Assembly (NCBI GenBank): GCA_040752415.1
Contig: JBFMGU010000262.1
Span: 1 to 14,718, forward strand
Direction: 5' to 3'
Length of the DNA stretch: 14,718 nucleotides
DNA from: Myxococcota bacterium
GTDB taxonomy: Bacteria; Myxococcota; JACRCW01
Made by a program: the position numbers and the translations under genes. Shown here piece after piece: positions 1-7,845 of the stretch; position 1 is the stretch's first letter; the number at the start of each line of letters is the position of its first letter. The notes under the pieces were generated by a model, which saw only the letters and a list, made by a program, of their open reading frames with translations, made no database searches and was not told where the DNA came from.

Positions 1-2
1 CC

Positions 3-860
3 CCGCTGACGCCTCCCGCTCCCACCACGGGCGCACCCCCCGGCGCCGTCGCCAGCTCGCCCGGTGCCGTGCCCGGCCCGTCGGGAACCGGCGGCGCGCC
101 CGGCGCCACCACGTCCGCCACGGTGGTCCCCGGCGTGAACAACGGAGGCCCGCACGAGGTGTTCGCCTACTCCCCGCTGCCCGCCGTTCCGCCGCGTCCC
201 AGCGCCCCGCCCGCCGGCCCGCTCACTCTGCAGCTGCCCTTCCCGCCCGAGGAGGACGCGCAGCCCGCGCTGACGGGGATCATCGCCGGGGTGGTGGTGT
301 CCATGGCCGGGTCGTTCCTGATGGACTCGCTGGGCAGCCTGGTGGCGCTGGTGCCGGTGGTGGGCGTCATTGGCCTGGTGGTGGGCGGCGCGGGCGCGTT
401 GATTGGCGCTCCGGCGCTGGGCTGGCTCACCGCCACGGTCGTCGGGAAGAAGCGCGTTCCCATGGCGCGCTCCATTGGCATGAACGCGCTGGTCCACCTG
501 GCCTTCATGCCGCTGCGACTGCTCTCCATGGGCCTGGCGCTGGCGCCGGTGGCCGCGCTGGGGCTGTTCGGGTTGCGCACCATCGTCATGGAGGGGAACT
601 TCGTGCTCAACACCTCGCCGCTCTCGCCGGGCTTCGTGCTGCCCGCGGTCTACGTCTTCACCGCGCTCATCGGCTGCGGGATGTGCGTGGGCACGTCGTC
701 GTTGGTGAGCGGCATCGCGGAGTACTTCGTGCTGCAGCGGACCGGGCGCGCGCGGCGCTCCTGGGAGAACTCGATCAACCTGGACTTCTGGGACGTGCCG
801 TCGGTGCTCGCGGCGTGGACGGAGCAGCTCAATGTTGAAGACAAGCCGATTGATGAGTGA
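3..860 (+). CDS. Hypothetical membrane protein, 5'-truncated: Pro/Ala/Gly-rich linker followed by about 4 hydrophobic helices
   Basis: Frame is open from position 3 (PLTPPAPTTGAPPGAVASSPG...), so the true start lies outside the window. Strong GC3 codon bias. Hydrophobic segments from ~aa ALTGIIAGVVV onward. Stop TGA at 858-860 overlaps the next ATG (ATGAGTGA). Confidence 0.8.
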   Translation, partial: PLTPPAPTTGAPPGAVASSPGAVPGPSGTGGAPGATTSATVVPGVNNGGPHEVFAYSPLPAVPPRPSAPPAGPLTLQLPFPPEEDAQPALTGIIAGVVVSMAGSFLMDSLGSLVALVPVVGVIGLVVGGAGALIGAPALGWLTATVVGKKRVPMARSIGMNALVHLAFMPLRLLSMGLALAPVAALGLFGLRTIVMEGNFVLNTSPLSPGFVLPAVYVFTALIGCGMCVGTSSLVSGIAEYFVLQRTGRARRSWENSINLDFWDVPSVLAAWTEQLNVEDKPIDE

Positions 861-2358
861 TTCCCGACGTCGCGCCGCGCTGTGGCTGGGTGTGCTCGGC
901 CTGGGCGGCTGCGTGGTGCTGGAGAACCAGGGACTCACCGCGCTGCACGTGGTGCGCACCGTGGAGCTCCAGGGTGACGTCTTCATTGGCAACGACGACG
1001 GCGTGTCCGACGCGGACGGCCTGCAGCGCGTCCTCCCCTGCAACGGCATGCAGCGCGGAGAGCTGTGCCTGGGCAGCGTGTTCGTGCAGGACGCGGACCT
1101 GGTGGAGACGCTGCGCCAGGGCCAGGCCGAGGAGCCACCGCTCTTGATGGGCGCGGCCAGCTGCGACCGCAAGGTCACCAACTTCTACCCGCTCTCGGAG
1201 CTGCGCGAGGCCAAGGGCAGCCTGGTGTTCCGGCACATGGGCGTGACCAGCCTGGAGGGCCTGGGACACCTCACGCCCGACGGACAGCCGGATTTCGTCG
1301 TCGGTGGTGAGCTGGTGTTCCGCCAGGTCTGTGAGCTCTCCACCCTGCGCGACCTGATGGCACTGAAGTCCTTTGGCGGCTCGCTGACCATCCAGAACAC
1401 CGACCTGGTCGACGTGGATGGCCTCCCCGGCGCGCCCCACCAGGCGGAGATCAACGGGCACGTCACCATCCTGGGCAACAGCTCGCTGACGTCGTTGGAG
1501 GCGCTCTCCGGCGTGCAGCGCATCAAGGGCAACCTGGAGATCCGGCTCAACACCAAGCTCTCCAAGCTGCCGCCCTCCCCCGCCAACCTCGTCGTGGAGG
1601 GCAACGTGAAGATCTGTTCCAACGACCGCCTCCCGCCGGAGGAAGTGGAGCGCTGGCTGTCCGGCGTGGAGGTGTACGGGGAGACCAACACCGGCACCTC
1701 GGGCATTCCCGCCGCCGACGACACCAACGCGTGCCGCTTCAACGGCTGTGAGCTGGACGGCACCTGCCAGTGCGGCAACGGCGTGGCGGAAGGCACCGAG
1801 GAGTGCGACGGTGACGACGTGCGTGGCCGCGACTGTGTGGCGCTGGGTTATGACACCGGTCCCCTGGTGTGCACGCAGCGGTGTCGCTACGCCAAGACCT
1901 GCGCGTATTCCTGCGGCAGCGGCGTGGCGCTGGGCGACGAGCAGTGCGACGGCAACGACCTGCGCGGCCAGACCTGCCAGAGCCTGGGCTTCGACGGTGG
2001 TGACCTGGCCTGCGGCACCTGCGTGTTCGACACGCGGCTGTGCACCGGCGCCCCGCCCGTGTGTGGCGACGGCGTGGCGTCCGGTTCGCTGGAGCAGTGC
2101 GACGGCAATGACATGGGTGGCCTGACCTGCCAGGACCTGGGGTACACCGGTGGCTCGCCCTGCTGTCACGCCAACTGCCAGATCAACGCCGGCACCTGCA
2201 CCGGCCCGGGCCCCGTCTGTGGCGACGGAGTCCGCGCCGGCCTGGAGGAATGCGACGGGTCCGACCTGGGCGGAAAGACCTGCGCCTCGCTGGGCTACAC
2301 CACCGGGACCCTGGGCTGCACGCGGGAGTGCCGCGTGAATCCCTCGTTGTGCCAGTAA
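853..2358 (+). CDS. Lipoprotein with receptor-L-domain-like (LRR-like) solenoid and four Myxococcus cysteine-rich (DUF4215-like) repeats
   Basis: ATG at 853 overlaps the upstream stop. Signal RRRAALWLGVLGLGG|C (lipobox). L-domain-like units GGSLTIQNTDLVDVDGL, GHVTILGNSSLTSLEALSGVQRIKGNLEIRLNTKL. Four C-terminal CG[NSD]G...E[EQ]CDG.D..G..C..LG[YF]..G...C repeats. Confidence 0.85.
   Translation: MSDSRRRAALWLGVLGLGGCVVLENQGLTALHVVRTVELQGDVFIGNDDGVSDADGLQRVLPCNGMQRGELCLGSVFVQDADLVETLRQGQAEEPPLLMGAASCDRKVTNFYPLSELREAKGSLVFRHMGVTSLEGLGHLTPDGQPDFVVGGELVFRQVCELSTLRDLMALKSFGGSLTIQNTDLVDVDGLPGAPHQAEINGHVTILGNSSLTSLEALSGVQRIKGNLEIRLNTKLSKLPPSPANLVVEGNVKICSNDRLPPEEVERWLSGVEVYGETNTGTSGIPAADDTNACRFNGCELDGTCQCGNGVAEGTEECDGDDVRGRDCVALGYDTGPLVCTQRCRYAKTCAYSCGSGVALGDEQCDGNDLRGQTCQSLGFDGGDLACGTCVFDTRLCTGAPPVCGDGVASGSLEQCDGNDMGGLTCQDLGYTGGSPCCHANCQINAGTCTGPGPVCGDGVRAGLEECDGSDLGGKTCASLGYTTGTLGCTRECRVNPSLCQ
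1771..2355 (+). repeat. Four tandem ~48-52 aa cysteine-rich protein repeats (CGxG...CDGxDxxGxxCxxLG[YF])
   Basis: Repeats begin CGNGVAEGTEECDG, CGSGVALGDEQCDG, CGDGVASGSLEQCDG, CGDGVRAGLEECDG; six conserved Cys per unit. Confidence 0.9.
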
Positions 2359-2414
2359 CCATTCGCTGTTTCTTCGTCGTGGACGTTCCCTGACCCCTAC
2401 ATTAGGGAGGTTTC

Positions 2415-5400
2415 GTGTTGCTTCATTCGCACCTTCGTCGTCTCGCGCTGCTGTGCTCCTTCGTCGGATTGCAGGGGTGCCTCACCACCAACGGCACCAC
2501 CAATCCGCCGGATGATTCCAACGGCACCGACGCTGCCGTCTCCGGCACCGACGCCGCGGTGGGCGGAAACGACGCCGCCACGGGCAACCCGGACGCCGCG
2601 GTGGTGGCGGGAGATGGCGGCGGGCAGGGAGTGGACGCGTCGGACCGGGACGCGGGTTCCAACGTGGGGAACGACGCCGCGGTCACCGGCTCCGACGCTG
2701 GGGGCACCGACGGGTCCGTGGTGGTGGGCAGTGACGCGGGTGTGCCGGATGCCGGCGGTGGGTTGGATGCCGCGCCCGGGATCGACGCCACGCCGCAGAA
2801 CCCGTTCGAGGAGCCGGCGCCGGTCTACGTCACGGTGCGCGGAACGGTGACGTTGGGCAAGGTCTCCAATCCCGCCGTGTGCAACGTGCCGGTGGTGGGT
2901 TGGTTTGCCGGCCTGTTCGGCGCGTGCTCGGCGCCCTCCGACAGCACCGAAGGTGAATACGAGGTCACGGTGCCGGCCGGAAAACCACACGTCATCGCGG
3001 TCACCGGCGGCACGAATTACGACGAAGCCACCGGAAGTGCCTTTGAGATCGGCGGTGACGCGGGCCCCGTCGCGGCCCTGGCGGAGATGCCGCCCGGCTT
3101 CGCGTTGACCAAGGTGAACGTCGGTCCGGTGAGCCACATGGCCATCCTGGCCTCGGTCAATCCCCAGTTCCCGCTCACGGCCAGCACCGCCGGCCAACTC
3201 CTCTCCAACAATGGGGGAGGCATCGTCAGCAACAACGGCGGGGCGATTGTCTCCAACAACGGCGGCAGCTTCGGGCGGACCACCGACGGCCAGCTCATTG
3301 CCAACAACGGCTCCAACCTCGTCAGCAACAACGGCGGCAGCCTGTGGTCGGGTGACATGGCCAAGGTGGTATCCAACGGGGGCGCGGGCCTCATTGGCGA
3401 CGCCGGCGGCGGGAGCGGCAGCGGCAGGGGCACCGGAGGTGGTGGCGGTGGTGCCGGGCCGCTGGGCGGGGCAAGCCTGGAGGCGCTGGATGTTCCCACC
3501 GGTGTGCTCGGCGTGGCGCGCGCCGTCATTGCCGCGGAGGCCGGCATCTTCAACGCGGATGGCAGCGTGGTGGACGCGCTGCTGGAAGACGTCTGCGTCC
3601 TCACCGACGCGGACCTGGCGGGACAGCATGATCCCTCGTCGGTGTGCACCAAGCTGGGCCTGCTCCTGGCGGCGTTCTCCCAGGAGGCCTTCAATCTCGG
3701 CCTGGACAACCCCTTGCAGCTGGTCAACGCGTTGGCGCTGGATTTCCTGGACGGCTACTTCGACGGCTACACCAAGGGCGACAAGGGCTTCCGCATCCGG
3801 GTGAAGCTGCCCAACGACGTGGACCTCTCCCCCACGGCCATGAGCACCGACCTGGAGCAGGCCGCGCGCGACTTCCTGGCCAGCTCCGTCAACGTCTCGG
3901 GTCTTACCGCCGACAACTTCACGGAGATGCTCACCGCCATGCTGACGCTGGACTACCTGCCGGCGTCCGCGGTGCCGCCCCTCGTCGTGGATGGGTTCAC
4001 CGAGCCCACCGCCACCGCGGGCTGCGTGCCCATCCGCTACACGCTCGGACAGTTCTCGGGTCGGCCGGTGGACGTCAACGTGGAGTACAACGATGGAACG
4101 GGCACCTGGCGCACCGCCACACAGGCCGGCGTCTCCCGCAACTCCACCTACGACGGCGTGCCCTACCACGGCACCCGCAACCTCAAGGCCTCGCACCTCC
4201 TTCCGGGCGCGGCGCACGCGTTCATGTGGAACAGCACCGTGGACCTGCCCAACGGGGAGAGCCTCACCGGCGTGCAGGTCCGCGTGCGGGCGCTGATGGA
4301 CCAGCGCGTGTCCGAGGCGGACGTGGTCCTTCCCGTCACCTTTGCCCGCGCTCCCGGCTCGGAGTGCGCGCCGGCCGCCGGTGGCGTCCTGGACTTCGGC
4401 AGCGACTTCATGCCCACCGACCTGGAAGCCGCGGACTTCGACAACGACGGTCGCCAGGACCTGGTGGTGCTGAGTGGCGACGACCACAACCACTTCCGCG
4501 TGCTGTGGGGACACGGGGACGGCCGCTTCGACACCGAGGTGTTCGACCTGCCCGGCGTGAACCCGCTGCTGGTTGGTGTGGGCGGTCACCCCATGGCCAT
4601 GAAGGCCGCGGACTTCACGCGCGACGGCGTCGCCGACCTCGTGGTGCTCCACTGGGCGGAAGGAGAGTTCCAGAGCATCCTGCACCAGTTCTCCATCTAT
4701 TCCGCCGTCAATGGCACCCTGCAGCTCGTCGACCGGTTCTCAGTCCAAAAGCAGGTGAGCGCGGTGGACGCGGCGGACTTGGACGGTGACGGGGTGCTGG
4801 ACCTCATCGCGAGCTCCGCCAACGGCGTCGAGGTCCAGTCGGGTCTGCAGCTCCTCGTCTTCCGTGGTCGGGAGAGCGGCGGCTTCACCCACCCGCTGGA
4901 GCTCCCGCTCACCAACGAGAACGATATGGCGGTGGGCGATGTGAACGGCGACGGACGCGCCGAAATCGTCATGACCACCTCGGGCAATGAAGGCGCCAGG
5001 ATCTACGCGTTGGAGAACGGAGGGCTCGTGCAGTACGCGGACCCCACGGCCACCGCCCTGCAGGTCACGCTGCTTCCCACGTTCATCTACTACACGACGG
5101 GTGGCATCTTGCTGCGCGAGGTCCGGACGAGCGGCGTCTACTACTACGACTCCTATTACGCCCAGGTGGAGCAGGTCCGGGTCTACCGGGACTGCACCGC
5201 TGAAGGCGCGCGCGATGACTACTCCGAGAACTGTCCCACCGACCCAACGCGGTACAGCATCGTGCACCAGGCGCAGGTGTGGCCGGGGGAGACCTACCGG
5301 CAGCTGACTGCGGGCTGGTACGACGGCGACGAGTACATGGACCTGGCGTTCATCAGCTACGGCGGTAACCTGCTGCGCCTGAACGGGCGCTATGACGAGG

Positions 5401-5546
5401 TGGTGTCGTTGCCCATCTCGCCGGACGCGCAGCACCTGGTGACCGCGGACTTCAATGGCGACGGTCTGACCGACGTGGCCATTTCCCACCGCTATGGCCT
5501 GCTCACCATCGCCCTCTCCACGCCGGCCGGCTTCGTCGTGCAGTGA
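2415..5546 (+). CDS. Large surface lipoprotein: D/A/G-rich linker, beta-sandwich 'DEATG' region, SNNGG repeats, Ig-like domain and C-terminal FG-GAP/VCBS beta-propeller
   Basis: SD AGGGAGG at 2404-2410 before GTG 2415. Lipobox SFVGLQG|C. DAAV/DAG low-complexity linker. Six Ca-binding FG-GAP-type loops: DFDNDGRQDL, DFTRDGVADL, DLDGDGVLDL, DVNGDGRAEI, WYDGDEYMDL, DFNGDGLTDV. Confidence 0.88.
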   Translation: MLLHSHLRRLALLCSFVGLQGCLTTNGTTNPPDDSNGTDAAVSGTDAAVGGNDAATGNPDAAVVAGDGGGQGVDASDRDAGSNVGNDAAVTGSDAGGTDGSVVVGSDAGVPDAGGGLDAAPGIDATPQNPFEEPAPVYVTVRGTVTLGKVSNPAVCNVPVVGWFAGLFGACSAPSDSTEGEYEVTVPAGKPHVIAVTGGTNYDEATGSAFEIGGDAGPVAALAEMPPGFALTKVNVGPVSHMAILASVNPQFPLTASTAGQLLSNNGGGIVSNNGGAIVSNNGGSFGRTTDGQLIANNGSNLVSNNGGSLWSGDMAKVVSNGGAGLIGDAGGGSGSGRGTGGGGGGAGPLGGASLEALDVPTGVLGVARAVIAAEAGIFNADGSVVDALLEDVCVLTDADLAGQHDPSSVCTKLGLLLAAFSQEAFNLGLDNPLQLVNALALDFLDGYFDGYTKGDKGFRIRVKLPNDVDLSPTAMSTDLEQAARDFLASSVNVSGLTADNFTEMLTAMLTLDYLPASAVPPLVVDGFTEPTATAGCVPIRYTLGQFSGRPVDVNVEYNDGTGTWRTATQAGVSRNSTYDGVPYHGTRNLKASHLLPGAAHAFMWNSTVDLPNGESLTGVQVRVRALMDQRVSEADVVLPVTFARAPGSECAPAAGGVLDFGSDFMPTDLEAADFDNDGRQDLVVLSGDDHNHFRVLWGHGDGRFDTEVFDLPGVNPLLVGVGGHPMAMKAADFTRDGVADLVVLHWAEGEFQSILHQFSIYSAVNGTLQLVDRFSVQKQVSAVDAADLDGDGVLDLIASSANGVEVQSGLQLLVFRGRESGGFTHPLELPLTNENDMAVGDVNGDGRAEIVMTTSGNEGARIYALENGGLVQYADPTATALQVTLLPTFIYYTTGGILLREVRTSGVYYYDSYYAQVEQVRVYRDCTAEGARDDYSENCPTDPTRYSIVHQAQVWPGETYRQLTAGWYDGDEYMDLAFISYGGNLLRLNGRYDEVVSLPISPDAQHLVTADFNGDGLTDVAISHRYGLLTIALSTPAGFVVQ
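3195..3413 (+). repeat. In-frame 8-aa periodic repeat (x-hydrophobic-hydrophobic-S-N-N-G-G), about 7 units in two blocks
   Basis: QLLSNNGG GIVSNNGG AIVSNNGG SFGRTTDG QLIANNGS NLVSNNGG SLWSGDMA KVVSNGGA GLIGDAGG, followed by a poly-Gly stretch. Confidence 0.9.
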
Positions 5547-5560
5547 GCGGACGTGAACCG

Positions 5561-5578
5561 CGGCGGAGGAGGCCGCCG
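5561..5578 (+). terminator. Short GC stem-loop after the FG-GAP gene; possible terminator or 3' stabiliser, with no U-tract
   Basis: CGGCGG-aggagg-CCGCCG, 15 nt after the stop at 5546. Confidence 0.25.
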
Positions 5579-5589
5579 GGCACAGCGGG

Positions 5590-5598
5590 TGTTATGGT
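5590..5598 (+). promoter_or_regulatory. Candidate extended -10 promoter (TGn-TATGGT) for a leaderless transcript
   Basis: TGT-TATGGT ends at 5598 and ATG is at 5605. There is no SD at normal spacing from that ATG. Confidence 0.35.
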
Positions 5599-5604
5599 GC
5601 CCTC

Positions 5605-6048
5605 ATGCTCACCGGCCTCCTCCTGCTGCTGACGTTGTCAGGCGCTGCCTCGGACATCACGTTCCTGGGGCAGGTCGAGCAGAAGCTGGAAGCGCGTCGT
5701 CGTGCGGCGTGTGCGCAGGTGGTGGGGGAGAAAGCCGTTTCCTGCGCGCTGCCGTATGACCGCGCCATCCGTCACGTGGCCCTCCTCAAGCTGGTCCTGG
5801 GACCGGAGCTGGCCGCGGCACGACGGGGCGAGCTCACCGACGTGGAGCGGTTCACCATCGGCGCCGCGTTGGAAAGTTTCCGGGAGACGGAGTTCCCGCA
5901 GTTTGCCGCGCTGGTGAAGCCCGTGCTCAACGCCACGGAGTGGACGCGCCTGGTGAAGATCATGGAGCTGGCGCGGGATGAGCAGCGGGTGGAGATGCGG
6001 GGGTGCTGCACGGAACCCGCTGCCGTTCCCCAGGCCGTTGGCAGGTAG
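5605..6048 (+). CDS. Hypothetical secreted alpha-helical protein
   Basis: N-terminal hydrophobic signal MLTGLLLLLTLSGA-A. Coding-like GC3 bias. Amphipathic helical body with a Cys pair (AACAQ...VSCAL) and a C-terminal CC. Confidence 0.7.
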   Translation: MLTGLLLLLTLSGAASDITFLGQVEQKLEARRRAACAQVVGEKAVSCALPYDRAIRHVALLKLVLGPELAAARRGELTDVERFTIGAALESFRETEFPQFAALVKPVLNATEWTRLVKIMELARDEQRVEMRGCCTEPAAVPQAVGR

Positions 6049-6059
6049 GCGGCGCCGTC

Positions 6060-7508
6060 TCAGCGCGCTTCGCGGTTGACGTCGTGGGACCACGCCAACG
6101 CCACCGCGTGGGACGAGAGTGCGTGGGTGACCTCGGCCTGCAACGTTTCCTCCTCGACGACGCACTGCCCCTCGTCGCTGAGCGCGATGACCCGGTCCTC
6201 GACCGCCTCGACGCGCGAGCACGCACACGGGTTGTCCACCCCGGGCCGCGGCTCGACGTCGAACGTGCCCGGACCGGCGCGCTCCACCATCACCCAGAGG
6301 TTGCCCAGGCCCGCGTGCCGCGTCACCACGGTGTGCCAGCCCGCGGGCATGCGCGGCGGCGCCCACTCGAAGATCCAACGCGCATCGTGCGGCGAGAGAT
6401 TGATGCAACCGTGGGAGCCTGGCGTGCCAAACCCGTCGTGCCAGAACGCGCCGTGCAACGCCTGCTCACGGTTGAACGCCAGGATGTGCGGCACCTCCTC
6501 CACGCGGTACGGCCGGCGCCCTCCCCCGCTCATGGTGCTGTGATGGATCTTCGCCCACACGCGGAACAGGCCGGGCTTCGTCGGGGAGGAGCGACGACCG
6601 GTGCGGATCATCGTGGCGTAGACCCAGCGGTCCCCCTCGTAGGCGGTGAGCACCTGCTCCTGCAGGTCCACGTGCACCCACGCGTCGTCGTCGCGCAGGC
6701 TCTCCGGTCGCGGTCGGTGGAACGCCAGGGCCACGGCGTCGCGCGGCAACACTCCGCCCTCGACCATCACGTCGCCACGTCGTGTCAGGCCCAGCGCGCG
6801 CACCCGCGCGTGGTGGGGAAAGATCCGGCGCAACGCCCCGCCGCGCGCGGGCAGCACCACGGTGCGCTTGAGAAACGCGAGCGTTCCCGCGGGCTCCTCC
6901 TCACCCCGCAGCGCGCTGGGCCGGGGCGCCGTCAACTGGGAGGCGCGCACGTAGCCGCCGGAGGCATGTCGCCACCAACCCGGGCGTACGGTGTCGTCGT
7001 CGACCAGCGCCAGCATGGTGCCCTTGCGGTAGCGCGCCATGACATACGACCGCGTCGTCGGCAGCACGTACACGCGCGTCCACGGCGTCTTGACCCGCGC
7101 GTGGAAATAGTTCTGCTCCGCCCGCCGGAAGCCATCTTCCACCGGTGCCTGCTGCAGCGTGTCCAGGCGGATGGCGCCCGCGTCCTCGAGCAGGCCCCAC
7201 GCCGCGGGTGCGTTGCATTCCGGCTCGCAGTCGACGACGCGGATGGAGTCTCCGCGGTGCAGCAGGCCGATCACGTTGGCGCCCCGCCGCGGCTCCCGAC
7301 GGATGTTCGCGGTGTCGACGGTGACCCACGCGTCGAACGGCGGCGCGGGCCAGGGCGCGCACGCGGCGGTCGGGGGGACCTCCGGTGCGTCGTCGGAGAT
7401 GGCGGCTTCGCTGAGGTCGGCAAAGGACTCGGAGTCGTTCTGTTCGTCAAGCGCCACGTCCGCGCCCGCACAGGCCAGCAGGGTGGTCAGCTCCACGAGC
7501 AGGTGCAT
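6060..7508 (-). CDS. L,D-transpeptidase (YkuD family) with N-terminal bacterial SH3-like domain
   Basis: Catalytic motif HGAFWHDGFGTPGSHGCINL; typical entry WVHVDLQEQVLTAYEG...TG...TKPGLF. SH3-like TANIRREPRRGANVIGLLHRGD. ATG at 7508 has a GAGG SD; the ORF-track extension to 7838 looks non-coding. Possible lipobox LLA|C. Confidence 0.92.
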   Translation of the reverse strand: MHLLVELTTLLACAGADVALDEQNDSESFADLSEAAISDDAPEVPPTAACAPWPAPPFDAWVTVDTANIRREPRRGANVIGLLHRGDSIRVVDCEPECNAPAAWGLLEDAGAIRLDTLQQAPVEDGFRRAEQNYFHARVKTPWTRVYVLPTTRSYVMARYRKGTMLALVDDDTVRPGWWRHASGGYVRASQLTAPRPSALRGEEEPAGTLAFLKRTVVLPARGGALRRIFPHHARVRALGLTRRGDVMVEGGVLPRDAVALAFHRPRPESLRDDDAWVHVDLQEQVLTAYEGDRWVYATMIRTGRRSSPTKPGLFRVWAKIHHSTMSGGGRRPYRVEEVPHILAFNREQALHGAFWHDGFGTPGSHGCINLSPHDARWIFEWAPPRMPAGWHTVVTRHAGLGNLWVMVERAGPGTFDVEPRPGVDNPCACSRVEAVEDRVIALSDEGQCVVEEETLQAEVTHALSSHAVALAWSHDVNREAR

Positions 7509-7845
7509 GGGGTCCTCGCGTCGGATGTCGTGGCGACATTGTGGTCGGCACGGAAGCGGCTGCATCCGACGGAGCGATTTCATCGCGCACGCTGATCGGG
7601 AAACGTGGGAGCCGCGCTCACCGACGGAAGACGGTGCGCCCCACAGGGATACACACGTCATCTCAGGGGAAGCACGCGCTTGCGAAGGTGGACGGCCCAC
7701 CGCGCCGCACATGCGCGCAAGGGAGCGCATCCACCCGGCGGATGAGCCACGAGACCCCGCAGGCGCTGGCCGTGCGGGCACGGTGACTTGCTCGTCGGCG
7801 CGCGGGAGCAACGACGGTAAACGTCGGCGCCTGCTCACCGAGCGC

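Noticed and set aside
2520..2790. Repeated GACGCCGCGGT/DAAV-DAG units as a possible DNA repeat array
   Set aside because: In-frame low-complexity linker typical of myxobacterial lipoproteins; irregular spacing.
2397..4685. 762-aa minus-strand ORF (also 829-2169 minus, 6003-7595 plus, 13455-14387 minus, 12686-13567 plus)
   Set aside because: Antisense shadows of real high-GC3 genes. They have H/V/R/Q-rich composition and no motifs, while the opposite strand carries recognisable domains.
7546..7561. Sigma54-like CGGCACG-N4-CGGCT on the + strand
   Set aside because: Weak -12 element, and it points away from the L,D-transpeptidase start with no + strand gene downstream.
7509..7838. 110-aa N-terminal extension of the L,D-transpeptidase in the ORF track, or a riboswitch in this 337-bp gap
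   Set aside because: The extension is R/S/P-rich with no codon bias, and ATG 7508 has an SD and a signal-like N-terminus. I recognised no riboswitch consensus.
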